A DNA stretch of 64,000 nucleotides from Parcubacteria bacterium C7867-007 (GTDB lineage: Bacteria; Patescibacteriota; Minisyncoccia; Phycocordibacterales; Phycocordibacteraceae). Position numbers and translations under genes: made by a program. Each line of letters begins with the position of its first letter. Within the stretch, counting starts at the first letter, position 1. Shown here in pieces: positions 34,302-44,422 of this stretch. Location: positions 68,997 through 132,996 of the forward strand of contig LFCQ01000002.1 in the NCBI GenBank assembly GCA_001189195.1, written 5' to 3'. The notes below the pieces were generated by a model. The model ran no database searches. It saw only the letters and a list, made by a program, of their open reading frames with translations, and was not told the DNA's origin.

Positions 34302-35714
34302 TTACGACACATCACGTTCCACGATGTCTTGCGCACCGCGCTTGAGGCTGAACTGTGGTGGTTCAGATTCAAGATGCAGTACAAGACCATGCGGGCCGTA
34401 TTGCTGAAGTAGGACCTCAGCCATCTGGCTCGCACGGTGGTGCAATGTCGGATGAACATCGTTACGTGCACGACGTTCAACGAGATAGGTGAGCGCCCGC
34501 AGGTCACCAGTGAGCCTAATCGGCACACGGTATCCCATAGGGATGTAGTACTGCTCGATGTAATCTTCGAGTTCGAGGTGCGGGAGCGCAGCAAGTTGTC
34601 TTGCAAGCAGTTCCATTGCCTCTGCGCGAAGGTCGTCGGGGAGTTCGTTCAGGTACCAGGGTTCAAAGCCGTACTCCTCAGAGAGCAGTGGCATAGGAAC
34701 GGTCACTGGGCGATGTCGTTCTAGGTCGCGGAATGAAGCGAAGTCCAGGAGGAACGAGAATTCAGCAGTACCGCACTCCCGAACATCCCATGGCAGTTCA
34801 ATACCACGAGGACGTGATACAAACACATCAGCGTATTCCTGCATTCGTTCTGGCCGCACGGCATCGTGTGTAAGAGCGAAGACAGGGAATGTTGATGCAT
34901 TGGCGATGAGATAGCCAGACGTCTGTTGGGACATGTAGGCGTACCATTCACGGTCCTTGTGTCGACGCTCCCAATCAGGATCATTTGCACGATCCGTGAA
35001 TGAGTGCGGGTACTGCTTAAGGAGCAGTGCCTCGACTACCAGTGCGACTTCGCGTACTTCAGGAAGTGGATGGTTTCGCAGTAGCGGAAGTCGATCTCCA
35101 AACTGACGCAGCGTACCCGTCCAGGTGAGGTTCGTAGAAGCGCCGGCAGGGAGAAAGCTCCTCATGGTGTCGAAGGCGCGTGCCTTAATGGCTTTTGTGT
35201 ACTTTTTCTTATCACCATCACCGATCACCTCAAATGGATATCGTTCAGCGAGAACGACCTGCATCCTCTCCAGACCCTTGAGATAAAAGGCGCGCCAGTT
35301 CTCAAGGATTTGAGTAGACGCAGCTGACCCATGCGGATCAACAAATGGTTGCAAGGCGAAGTCGATGTACCGGGTTGAAGCTTCTTGTCCGTTGTAGAGG
35401 GGGAAGTGTTGAATCGCTTTCGCGGTCAACATTGAAACACCCGAGATACTCACGAACGCTTCCCCCATATCGCCAATGGACTGGTGTCCATAGCCGACGT
35501 AGAACTCTTCCATGAATTTACCTGAACCACTCTTCCCGAGTCGTTCCAAATGCTTCCGGATACCGCCAACAGAGCGGCTATCCATGGCACCCAACATAGC
35601 TTTGTCTTCAGAGGTGATGAGTGCGCCGTTATTTAGCACGAGCACTTCACCTCCTCCACTCAGCTGAGCACTGTGGTGTGAAAGGTCAGAAATCTCGCGC
35701 ATAAAAACCTCCAT
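34302..35714 (-). CDS. thyX: Flavin-dependent thymidylate synthase ThyX-like, double-length (two ThyX-like halves, the N-terminal one degenerate)
   Basis: C-terminal half carries the ThyX-type RHR motif (SFRDLERHRPVTV...S..Y); the N-terminal half has VGYGHQSIGDMGEAFVSISGVSMLTAKAIQH...STRY resembling the ThyX GHGSV...RY block without RHR. Confidence 0.5.
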   Translation of the reverse strand: MEVFMREISDLSHHSAQLSGGGEVLVLNNGALITSEDKAMLGAMDSRSVGGIRKHLERLGKSGSGKFMEEFYVGYGHQSIGDMGEAFVSISGVSMLTAKAIQHFPLYNGQEASTRYIDFALQPFVDPHGSAASTQILENWRAFYLKGLERMQVVLAERYPFEVIGDGDKKKYTKAIKARAFDTMRSFLPAGASTNLTWTGTLRQFGDRLPLLRNHPLPEVREVALVVEALLLKQYPHSFTDRANDPDWERRHKDREWYAYMSQQTSGYLIANASTFPVFALTHDAVRPERMQEYADVFVSRPRGIELPWDVRECGTAEFSFLLDFASFRDLERHRPVTVPMPLLSEEYGFEPWYLNELPDDLRAEAMELLARQLAALPHLELEDYIEQYYIPMGYRVPIRLTGDLRALTYLVERRARNDVHPTLHHRASQMAEVLLQQYGPHGLVLHLESEPPQFSLKRGAQDIVERDVS

Positions 35715-35838
35715 AATTGCGAGTCTAGCATGAGCATATAGGTCCTAGAGAAAAGCAGCAAATATGTTGTAATTGCAGTATTGAAGCATCATTGAAAGGT
35801 CGCGGGCTCACTCACTTTTAAGGTACTATGACTGCATT

Positions 35839-37137
35839 ATGGATTACTCACATATACGAAACGAAGATCTCGACCTATACAACCTCATAGAAGGGGAGGA
35901 GAAACGTCAGCGCGAAGGACTTGAACTTATCCCTTCGGAAAACTACGTATCACTCGCCGTACGCGAAGCAATGTCTTGCGCGCTCACCAACAAATACTCG
36001 GAAGGATATCCCGGCAAGCGGTACTACGGAGGTCAAGAATATACAGACCAAATAGAAACACTCGCTATAGAGCGTGCAAAGAAGATCTTTGGTGCTGATC
36101 ACGCAAACGTACAGGCTCTTAGTGGGGCTGCTGCAAATATTGGTGCATACTTCGCATGGCTTGAACCAGGAGACACAATTCTTGGTATGGATCTTGCGCA
36201 TGGAGGACACCTCACCCACGGCGCACCGGTTACGTACATGGCGAAGCTCTTCAAGTTTGTTCGCTACGGTATGAAAGATCCCGATACCGGAGAGATTGAT
36301 TACGATCAGCTTCGTGAGATCGCACTCAAAGAGAGACCAAAGATTATCCTCGGCGGATTCTCTGGATACTCTCGTTCAATAGACTGGAAAAAGATTGCTG
36401 AGATCGCACGAGAGGTGGACGCCGTAGCAATGGCTGATGTTGCACACATTGCAGGACTCATTGCAGGCGGCGTTGCAGAGAACCCGTTTGACCACGGTTT
36501 CAATATCGTTACGACCACTACACACAAAACACTGCGTGGTCCCCGTGGTGCCATGATCCTTTCAAAAGGAACCGTATCTAATCCGCTACGTGCTCCTGAA
36601 AAGACAATGGAGAATCTACCAACCCTTATCGATCGGAGCGTATTCCCTGGACTTCAAGGTGGTCCACACATGCATCAGATTGCTGCTAAAGCCGTGGCGT
36701 TCAATGAGGCGCTCCACCCTAACTTCAAGACATACGCACATCAGGTGGTATCAAACGCAAAGGCGATGGCAGAAGTCTTCAAAGAAGAAGGAGTGCGACT
36801 CATTGGTGGGGGTACAGACAATCACCTCATTCTTGCGGATGTGTATGGCTCTCTTGATATCTCGGGTGGAGACGCAGAAACACTCCTTGATGCAGCAGGC
36901 ATCACGCTCAACAAGAACTCTATTGCAGGAGATACACGCAAGCCTTTCGATCCTTCTGGTATTCGTTTTGGTACCCCTGCAATCACTACTCGCGGATTCA
37001 AAGAAGAGCAAGTTATAGAAGTGGCACGCATAATGATTGAGGTTCTCAAGAACAAAGATGATGCAACTGTAGCGAAAGCCCGTGCCTCTATAAAAGAACT
37101 TGCTGAAGCAAATCCAGTGCCTGAATCATTTATCTAA
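35839..37137 (+). CDS. glyA: Serine hydroxymethyltransferase
   Basis: YSEGYPGKRYYGGQEY, PLP-lysine motif TTTTHKTLRGPRG. Confidence 0.95.
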   Translation: MDYSHIRNEDLDLYNLIEGEEKRQREGLELIPSENYVSLAVREAMSCALTNKYSEGYPGKRYYGGQEYTDQIETLAIERAKKIFGADHANVQALSGAAANIGAYFAWLEPGDTILGMDLAHGGHLTHGAPVTYMAKLFKFVRYGMKDPDTGEIDYDQLREIALKERPKIILGGFSGYSRSIDWKKIAEIAREVDAVAMADVAHIAGLIAGGVAENPFDHGFNIVTTTTHKTLRGPRGAMILSKGTVSNPLRAPEKTMENLPTLIDRSVFPGLQGGPHMHQIAAKAVAFNEALHPNFKTYAHQVVSNAKAMAEVFKEEGVRLIGGGTDNHLILADVYGSLDISGGDAETLLDAAGITLNKNSIAGDTRKPFDPSGIRFGTPAITTRGFKEEQVIEVARIMIEVLKNKDDATVAKARASIKELAEANPVPESFI

Positions 37138-37138
37138 C

Positions 37139-37426
37139 ATGAAAGAGATGCACGATGAGGTGGTAGAGCAGATGCTTGAACGCATTGGTAATGCGCTTGG
37201 GCAGATACAGAAATACCGCGCGTCTCATTTAGATAATCCTCGTCTTGAAGACATCCTCACGCAGCTTGAACGCGTTGAACAGGTGATTGAAGAGAAAGGA
37301 AGACTCGAATACCGAGAGAAACTAGACCTAGACTTCCACCTTATTGAAGATACTCCTCTTGAGGGCAACTCTCATCTTGGGCGTGAGTTATATAGCATCA
37401 AGAATTTCACGGAACACAACCTATAA
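37139..37426 (+). CDS. Hypothetical small helical protein (95 aa)
   Basis: ORF starting at MKEMHD directly after the glyA stop. Confidence 0.4.
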   Translation: MKEMHDEVVEQMLERIGNALGQIQKYRASHLDNPRLEDILTQLERVEQVIEEKGRLEYREKLDLDFHLIEDTPLEGNSHLGRELYSIKNFTEHNL

Positions 37427-37460
37427 GGTATTCCGGTGCTGATTCTGCTATAGTCGCACT

Positions 37461-39137
37461 ATGGAAGACCGGATCCGCCACGCGGTACAGAAATCACTCG
37501 AACAACTTGGCGCAACTGGCGTTACGTTTGCAGTGGAGTGGCCAGCAGACCCGGCACACGGAGACTTTGCCGTGAATGCAGGTTTTGCAGCAAGCAAGGT
37601 GCTTGGAAAGAATCCCCGTGATATCGCAGAGATCATCGTACCAGTACTAGAAAAAGCACTGGGAGATGATGCGACGTGTATTGAAGTGGCGGGTGCTGGA
37701 TTCATTAACATCACTCTGTCACCAGCAGCTATTTCAAATCTCCTCACCGAAGCAAAAGGTGATACATGGGGAGTTGGTACGGCACATGCAGGTGAACGAA
37801 TAATGATTGAGTATTCAAACCCCAATCCTTTCAAAGAGATGCATATCGGCCATCTTATGAGCACTATCATTGGCGAAGCAACATCTCGTTTAATGGAATC
37901 ATCTGGTGCTAACGTAGTACGCGATACGTACGGAGGCGATGTTGGTCCACACGTAGCAAAGGCTATCTGGGGACTACGTGATAAGGGTGTGGCTGAAACA
38001 CCAACCACAGAAGATATTGGTACTGCATACGCACACGGCTCACGTGCATATGAAGAAAGCGAAACAGCAAAGAAGGAAATCGAAACACTAAATGCGGAGA
38101 TCTACGCAATGCTTGCAAAGGACCCCGCCAAACACGATGCGGAAGAGCGCTCTCTCCATGAGACTTGGGTTCGTGGAAGGGAAGTATCAGTGACGGCGTA
38201 CCGCCAACTCTGGGATCGACTCGGTTCACACTTTGACTACACTATCTTCGAAAGTGATACCACCCCTATCGGTATGCGTATTGTGCAGGATGAAATTAAG
38301 AACAATGTCTTTGAAGAAAGTGAAGGTGCCGTTATTTATCGTGGAGAGAAAGTTGGACTACACACACTCGTATTCATCACTTCATACGGAACCCCTACAT
38401 ACGAGACTAAAGACATTGGTCTCGCATTCTGGAAAGAGGAGCATGCACCAACGGATAAAGTATTCATCCTCACCGCAATGGAGCAGGTGGGGCACTTCAA
38501 GATTGTTATCGCTGCACTCAATGAGTTTGCTCCACAGCTCGCCAGCAAGATGCAACACATTTCACACGGCCTCCTCAGACTCGCCAGTGGAAAGATGTCT
38601 TCTCGAGAAGGAAATGTCATCACAGCAGACGGCCTGATCCGTGAGGTGATCGAAAGAGCTAGTGAAAAGAATGAAGACCCGCTTGTCGCTGAGCAGGTAG
38701 CACTTGGTGCTATTAAATATATGATCCTTCGCCAAGCACCCGGTGGAGATATCATCTTTGATATGGAGAAGTCTCTTTCTCTTGAAGGAGATTCTGGACC
38801 GTATCTGCAGTACGCACTTGTACGCGCAACGTCAATTCTCTCTGCGTCACAAGTACCACCTGCAGAAACGACATCTTTTGAAAGCGAAGCACCGCTTCTC
38901 GCACGTTTGATCACTCGATTCCCAGAGATCGTTGCACGAGCAGAAGAACTCCGTGGCCCACACATTCTTGTTACATACCTCACCCAACTAGCAGGGGAGT
39001 GGAACTCCTTCTATGCAACGGGAAAGATCATTGGAAGTGAGAACGAAGCAAGCACTCTTGCTCTCGTACAAGCATTCGTAACAACGATGCGTAACGGACT
39101 TGGTATTCTTGCAATCCCCGTACCGGAGAAGATGTAG
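37461..39137 (+). CDS. argS: Arginyl-tRNA synthetase
   Basis: HIGH motif as HIGHLMSTIIGEA, class-I fold, anticodon-binding DALR domain at the C-terminus. Confidence 0.9.
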   Translation: MEDRIRHAVQKSLEQLGATGVTFAVEWPADPAHGDFAVNAGFAASKVLGKNPRDIAEIIVPVLEKALGDDATCIEVAGAGFINITLSPAAISNLLTEAKGDTWGVGTAHAGERIMIEYSNPNPFKEMHIGHLMSTIIGEATSRLMESSGANVVRDTYGGDVGPHVAKAIWGLRDKGVAETPTTEDIGTAYAHGSRAYEESETAKKEIETLNAEIYAMLAKDPAKHDAEERSLHETWVRGREVSVTAYRQLWDRLGSHFDYTIFESDTTPIGMRIVQDEIKNNVFEESEGAVIYRGEKVGLHTLVFITSYGTPTYETKDIGLAFWKEEHAPTDKVFILTAMEQVGHFKIVIAALNEFAPQLASKMQHISHGLLRLASGKMSSREGNVITADGLIREVIERASEKNEDPLVAEQVALGAIKYMILRQAPGGDIIFDMEKSLSLEGDSGPYLQYALVRATSILSASQVPPAETTSFESEAPLLARLITRFPEIVARAEELRGPHILVTYLTQLAGEWNSFYATGKIIGSENEASTLALVQAFVTTMRNGLGILAIPVPEKM

Positions 39138-39214
39138 GTTGCGAAAGCGCACTAAAGACGATAGGGTAGGCAACAGATTGTTCGTGGTGAACATTCTGTT
39201 CGTCGGGAGGTTTC

Positions 39215-39535
39215 ATGCCGAAAAGTAATGGGGAAAAGCCGCTGGATGACAATAACCTGACGGCTGGACACTTGAACTATCGGAATGCGAGGGCGTTTCT
39301 CGCCCTTTCGCACGAAGATATGTACGAGCTGGCTCGCCAGTGGTATGCCACTCATCTGACGGTGGACCAAGCGCGCGCCGACTGCCGTGAGATGCACGCC
39401 GGCATCGCGTCGGGCGCGTTCGCAATGCCGGACTATGTCAAGGTGCTCGTGGACAAGGCTCGTGAGCAGAGCAGCAATGCGCGCGTCTTCTTCAAGCTCG
39501 AGACCGCGGTGAACCGCGAACTCCTGGCGGCCTAA
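39215..39535 (+). CDS. GC-rich hypothetical protein (106 aa) with its own terminator
   Basis: About 60% GC against a 45-47% background; terminator GGCCCGGCCGCGTAAGCGACCGGGC + TTTCCTTTTT. Confidence 0.45.
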   Translation: MPKSNGEKPLDDNNLTAGHLNYRNARAFLALSHEDMYELARQWYATHLTVDQARADCREMHAGIASGAFAMPDYVKVLVDKAREQSSNARVFFKLETAVNRELLAA

Positions 39536-39627
39536 CGAGGTTCGCCGACAAACGAAACAGATGGCCCGGCCGCGTAAGCGACCGGGCTGTTTCCTTTTTA
39601 TGATACGAGCGATAGGATAAGTAAATC

Positions 39628-42600
39628 ATGGCGGAAATGGAGAACGATGAAAAGAAGGTGTCTGAAGTAGCTGCTCGTGAAGAGGAAATCCTTGCGTACT
39701 GGAATGAGCAAAAGACTTTCAAGGCATCACTTGAGAAGCCATCACCAAGTGGTGAATATGTTTTCTATGATGGTCCTCCATTTGCAACAGGTCTCCCACA
39801 CCACGGCCACATTCTTGCCGGTACCATAAAGGATGCAATACCGCGTTATAAGACGATGCGTGGATTCCATGTACGCCGACGTTGGGGTTGGGACTCACAT
39901 GGTCTTCCTCTGGAGAACATCATTGAGAAAGAACTCGGTATAAAGACGAAGCGAGACATCGAAGAGATGGGTGTGTCTGTATTTAATGAAGCGGCACGTA
40001 GCGCGGTGCTTCGTTATGCCGATGAGTGGAAGCGCATCGTTCCCCGTATTGGACGCTGGGTGGACATGGAGGATGACTACAAAACCATGGACACTACATA
40101 CACAGAGTCGGTATGGTGGGCATTCAAGAAACTCTTTGATAAGGATCTTATAGAAGAAGGATTCAAGGTGATGCAGCTTTGTCCACGTTGTGGCACAACA
40201 CTTTCAAACTTTGAAGTGAGTCAGGGATACAAAGACATTAAAGATATAACTGCATATGCGAAGTTCGAGCTCGAAGATGAACCTGAGACCTACCTTCTTG
40301 CGTGGACCACAACGCCCTGGACTCTTCCAGGAAACATCGCGCTCGCGCTCGGTACTCAGATTGAATACGTAAAGGTTGAGAAGGGTGGCGCGCAGTACAT
40401 TCTTGCGAAGCCACTCGTTGAAAAAGTATTTGGTGAAGATCACGGAGAGGTAACCCCTGTTACTAAATCTGAGATCCTTGGACGGGTATATAAACCTGTC
40501 TTCCCAGGCGTTATGGATGCGCTTGCAGAAGGAAAGGAACGAGACAAGCTAGGTGCTGCATTCCGTGTGTATGAAGCAGACTTTGTAACGGCAGAAGATG
40601 GAACGGGTATCGTACATATTGCACCGGCATTTGGTGAAGATGATCTCAATCTCTCACGTGCACACGGGTTGCCAATTGTGCATCACGTAGATCGTGATGG
40701 TCGAATGATGAGTGCAGTGCCTGTGGTTGCAGGAAAGCTTGCAAAGCCTAAGGGGCAGTGGTGGGAGACCGATGCCCTCATTGTTGAATACCTTGGAGAG
40801 AAACTCTTTAAGACTGAAGAAAAAGTACACAGCTACCCACACTGTTGGCGCTGTGACACTCCACTCCTTAACTACGCATCAAGTTCGTGGTTCGTTCGTG
40901 TGCCAACTTTCAAGGACAAACTTGTTGCAGAGAACGATAAAGTTAAATGGGTGCCAGAAGCAATTGGAAAGAACCGTTTCGGTGACTGGCTAAACAATGC
41001 ACGAGACTGGGCAATTTCACGTAGTCGCTATTGGGGTGCACCTATTCCGGTATGGAAAAACGAGAAGACGGGAGCGCTCCGTGTGTTTGGTTCAGTCGAT
41101 GACATGAAGGGTCACGCAAAGAAAAGCGGTAACCGGTACTTCGTTATGCGTCATGCGGAAGGTGAACATAATATAAAAGGTATTGCTGCAAAGGGTGATG
41201 AGACCTTCCGTGCATCTCTAACAGAGACTGGTCGTGGACAAGCAGAAAAGAATGCATCAGCACTCATGCATGCAAACGTAACGCGCATCATTGCTTCACC
41301 GCTCACGCGTGGATGTGAAACCGCAGTGATTGTAAAAGAAACACTCGGGCTACAGGGTATTGAGATCATCCAAGACGAACGACTCCGTGAGTTTGATTTT
41401 GGAGAACTAGACGGCAAACCGATAGGGGAGTTTGTGAGATGGCGTGAGGTTAATACGTATGCGGACCGTATTCCCGGAGGCGAAAGCTATCAAGATGTTA
41501 AGAACCGTCTTGGTGCATTTCTCTACGATCTTGAACGTACGTATCAGAATGAAACAATTCTCATCGTTACGCACGGCGTAGGTATTGAAACAATCAATGC
41601 CGTTGCACAAGGAATAGATGCAGACGCGTCCAAGAAACTATCCGCAGAGATGGTGCCCTTGTATGCAACACCTATTGAACTGGATTTCACTCCGCTGCCA
41701 CACAACACAAACTATGAACTCGATCTCCATCGTCCATACATAGATGAGTATGCGCTCATAGATACTGATGGTGCTGCACTGCATCGTGTTGCTGATGTCT
41801 TCGACTGCTGGTTTGAGTCTGGTTCAATGTCTTATGCACAGGACCACTATCCATTTGAGAAAGATAATTTTAATCCTGAAAGTGGATTCCTTAAGAAATC
41901 AAAAGGATATCCTGCAGACTTTATTGCAGAGGGATTGGACCAGACACGTGGCTGGTTCTACTCAATGATTGTTCTTGGTACCGCGCTTTTTGGACATTCG
42001 CCGTACAAGCACGTGATCGTTAACGGACTGATTCTTGCGGAAGATGGAAGGAAGATGTCTAAGAGCCTGAAGAACTACCCAGAACCTATGGATGTGGTGG
42101 CTAAATATGGTGCAGATGCACTTCGTCTCTATCTCCTCTCCTCACCACTGATGCGCTCAGAAGACCTCCGATTCTCAGAGAAGGGAGTGGCGGATGTGGG
42201 TAACAAAATAATTGGACGCCTACACAATACTCTCGTGTTCTATCAGACGTATGCAATGAACGATGTGCCGGAAAGTGTTTCAAGTAATCATGTTCTTGAT
42301 CGATGGATCACTGCACGCCTTAAGGAGGTACGTGATGAAGTAACAAACGGACTTGAGTCGTATGAACTTGATCGTGCAGCACGCCCACTCGCGCTACTGG
42401 TTGATGATTTATCAACATGGTATTTGCGCCGCTCACGTGACCGCGTAAAAGATTCGGTTGAGGCTGCAGCGACCCTTCGTTCAGTACTGCGTACTTCTGC
42501 ACTACTCTTCGCACCGTTCGCACCGTTTTATGCAGAATATCTATGGAGTAAGATTCGTTTTGCTAAAGACCCTGAAAGCGTGCACCTTGCAGACTGGCCA

Positions 42601-43089
42601 GAAATGAAGGGCAAAGACGAGAAGGTGCTTCTAGAGGATATGGTACTTGTTCGTGAACTTGCCTCAGAAGCACTTAAACTTCGTCAGCAGGCTGGCATTG
42701 TTGTGCGTCAGCCACTGGCATCACTGAGTGCACCAACCATACCGCGCACCGCAGAGCTTATTGAGATTCTGAAGGAAGAGGTAAACGTTAAGGGTGTTCT
42801 AAAGAGGGAGGGAGAGATGTCTCTTGATACCGAGCTTACTGATGAACTAAAACGTGAAGGTGATGTACGTGCCTTTATGCGTGCACTTGCTGATGCACGC
42901 AAGGACATGAATCTATCACCAAAAGATGTGGTGCGAGTTGTTGCTGACCATGCCGCAAAAGATATGCTCACCGGTCTCAGCATTGCAGGACTTGCTGAGC
43001 TTTCATTCAGTGATTCAGTTGAAGGACCCTATACTGCCGAACTTTCTTCCACGGAGATAGGATTCACCGTTACACTCGATGCGGCATAA
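39628..43089 (+). CDS. ileS: Isoleucyl-tRNA synthetase carrying an inserted histidine-phosphatase (phosphoglycerate-mutase-like) domain
   Basis: HIGH (HHGHILAG) and KMSKS present, editing domain, WCISR-like DWAISRSRYWGAPIPVW; between that and LHRPYIDE...DVFDCWFESG lies a roughly 190-aa insert with RHAEGEHN, GRGQAE, SPLTRGCETA, REFDFGELDG and the catalytic THG. Confidence 0.9.
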   Translation: MAEMENDEKKVSEVAAREEEILAYWNEQKTFKASLEKPSPSGEYVFYDGPPFATGLPHHGHILAGTIKDAIPRYKTMRGFHVRRRWGWDSHGLPLENIIEKELGIKTKRDIEEMGVSVFNEAARSAVLRYADEWKRIVPRIGRWVDMEDDYKTMDTTYTESVWWAFKKLFDKDLIEEGFKVMQLCPRCGTTLSNFEVSQGYKDIKDITAYAKFELEDEPETYLLAWTTTPWTLPGNIALALGTQIEYVKVEKGGAQYILAKPLVEKVFGEDHGEVTPVTKSEILGRVYKPVFPGVMDALAEGKERDKLGAAFRVYEADFVTAEDGTGIVHIAPAFGEDDLNLSRAHGLPIVHHVDRDGRMMSAVPVVAGKLAKPKGQWWETDALIVEYLGEKLFKTEEKVHSYPHCWRCDTPLLNYASSSWFVRVPTFKDKLVAENDKVKWVPEAIGKNRFGDWLNNARDWAISRSRYWGAPIPVWKNEKTGALRVFGSVDDMKGHAKKSGNRYFVMRHAEGEHNIKGIAAKGDETFRASLTETGRGQAEKNASALMHANVTRIIASPLTRGCETAVIVKETLGLQGIEIIQDERLREFDFGELDGKPIGEFVRWREVNTYADRIPGGESYQDVKNRLGAFLYDLERTYQNETILIVTHGVGIETINAVAQGIDADASKKLSAEMVPLYATPIELDFTPLPHNTNYELDLHRPYIDEYALIDTDGAALHRVADVFDCWFESGSMSYAQDHYPFEKDNFNPESGFLKKSKGYPADFIAEGLDQTRGWFYSMIVLGTALFGHSPYKHVIVNGLILAEDGRKMSKSLKNYPEPMDVVAKYGADALRLYLLSSPLMRSEDLRFSEKGVADVGNKIIGRLHNTLVFYQTYAMNDVPESVSSNHVLDRWITARLKEVRDEVTNGLESYELDRAARPLALLVDDLSTWYLRRSRDRVKDSVEAAATLRSVLRTSALLFAPFAPFYAEYLWSKIRFAKDPESVHLADWPEMKGKDEKVLLEDMVLVRELASEALKLRQQAGIVVRQPLASLSAPTIPRTAELIEILKEEVNVKGVLKREGEMSLDTELTDELKREGDVRAFMRALADARKDMNLSPKDVVRVVADHAAKDMLTGLSIAGLAELSFSDSVEGPYTAELSSTEIGFTVTLDAA

Positions 43090-43648
43090 ATACACCACGG
43101 CAGCTGTTACCTTGGCACGCACTCCACTTTCGGAAGCGAGTTCACTGGTAACACTTCTCACGGCAGACTTCGGGGTGCTGCGTGCACGTAGCCAAGGACT
43201 GCGTAAACCAGGGGCAAAAATGAGTGCAGGTCTTCAAACACTAGCAGAGTCTGATGTAACGCTTTTAAAGGGGAAGGAGGGGTGGAGACTTGCTGGTTCA
43301 GTGCTTGCCAGAGATTGGGCACATGTATTGCCAAGCAAAGCACGCACTCGTGCCGGGCGTGTTGCAGAGCTTATGCTTCGTTTCGTGCATGGAGAGGCCG
43401 CAGACCCAACGCTTTTCACTATCTATACGAATTTCATAACAGTACTCCCATCTCTTAATGAAGAAGATCAGGACGCTGCAGAATGTCTCGCAGTTTTACG
43501 TATACTTCGTACTCTTGGGCTAGATGCAGGGGTGATTCCTGGGGAAGGGGATGAAGACTACACCGATATTGCACGCAGTGCTGTACGTGATGATCGTGCC
43601 GCGATAATCTCCCGTATTAATCGAGGTATTAGTGCATCTGGTTTATAA
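43079..43648 (+). CDS. recO: DNA repair protein RecO
   Basis: N-terminal OB fold with YTTAAVTLARTPLSEASSLVTLLTADFGVLRARSQG; overlaps the ileS stop. Confidence 0.65.
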   Translation: MRHKYTTAAVTLARTPLSEASSLVTLLTADFGVLRARSQGLRKPGAKMSAGLQTLAESDVTLLKGKEGWRLAGSVLARDWAHVLPSKARTRAGRVAELMLRFVHGEAADPTLFTIYTNFITVLPSLNEEDQDAAECLAVLRILRTLGLDAGVIPGEGDEDYTDIARSAVRDDRAAIISRINRGISASGL

Positions 43649-43686
43649 GAAAGAGGCGGGTCACGTGACCCGCCTCTCTTGGCTGC

Positions 43687-44349
43687 TTATTCATCTCTTA
43701 GCAGTTGTGTTTGCACCTGTGCTAACACTGAGGAAATGTGCGCAGTCTTCATCCGCCCTTTCCCTTCAATGGAGATGCCTAGAGTCTTCCCCATCTGACT
43801 GATCACAGTTCTGACACGGGGATCAGTGATATTGAGAGAATGACAGATGCCTCGCACATCCTCGCCCTGGTGTAGGAGTTCAAGTATGCGACGCATCAAA
43901 GGAGTAAATGCAACCTGGGCCGTGCGGGCATACTTCTTTATCAGCTCGTTCTCCCCACCAACATTCTGCTCCTCTTCGGGGCCGGGCACTTCCGCATGGA
44001 TAGATCGAACTGCGATCCTGATGCGCGCAGGACTCAGTTCAGTCGAAGGCCGTATAGCCGAGGAGCCGTGTTGTACATGCCATGCGCACAGACCTGACTT
44101 AGGATCTATGTCGCGAATATCGTCTGCCGTGACATGTTGTATGGTGCACGCGATGCAGATTCTCCACGGGCACGCACACCCTGAACAGTTTCTGCTTCGT
44201 TGCGGACTGGCATTGATTTGTGTGCAGAGCGTGTAACCAATGGTGCTGCCACCAGTTGCCCTACATGCAAACAAGCCGGCTACTTGAGATTGGGGCGGCC
44301 ATGTTTCCGCCGGATACATTGTGCCTGCCATAGTCACCTCCATAGGCAT
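43687..44349 (-). CDS. LuxR/FixJ-family HTH transcriptional regulator with a Cys-rich N-terminal domain
   Basis: C-terminal FTPLMRRILELLHQGEDVRGICHSLNITDPRVRTVISQMGKTLGI is a GerE/LuxR-type HTH; the N-terminus has about 9 Cys (CSGCACPWRICIAC...); local GC is higher; start codon uncertain. Confidence 0.55.
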   Translation of the reverse strand: MPMEVTMAGTMYPAETWPPQSQVAGLFACRATGGSTIGYTLCTQINASPQRSRNCSGCACPWRICIACTIQHVTADDIRDIDPKSGLCAWHVQHGSSAIRPSTELSPARIRIAVRSIHAEVPGPEEEQNVGGENELIKKYARTAQVAFTPLMRRILELLHQGEDVRGICHSLNITDPRVRTVISQMGKTLGISIEGKGRMKTAHISSVLAQVQTQLLRDE

Positions 44350-44422
44350 CTGGGTTCATCTACGGGCATTATGCATGTCTTCGCTTATTACTCAACATAT
44401 ACACGCACGGTATACTCTTTCT

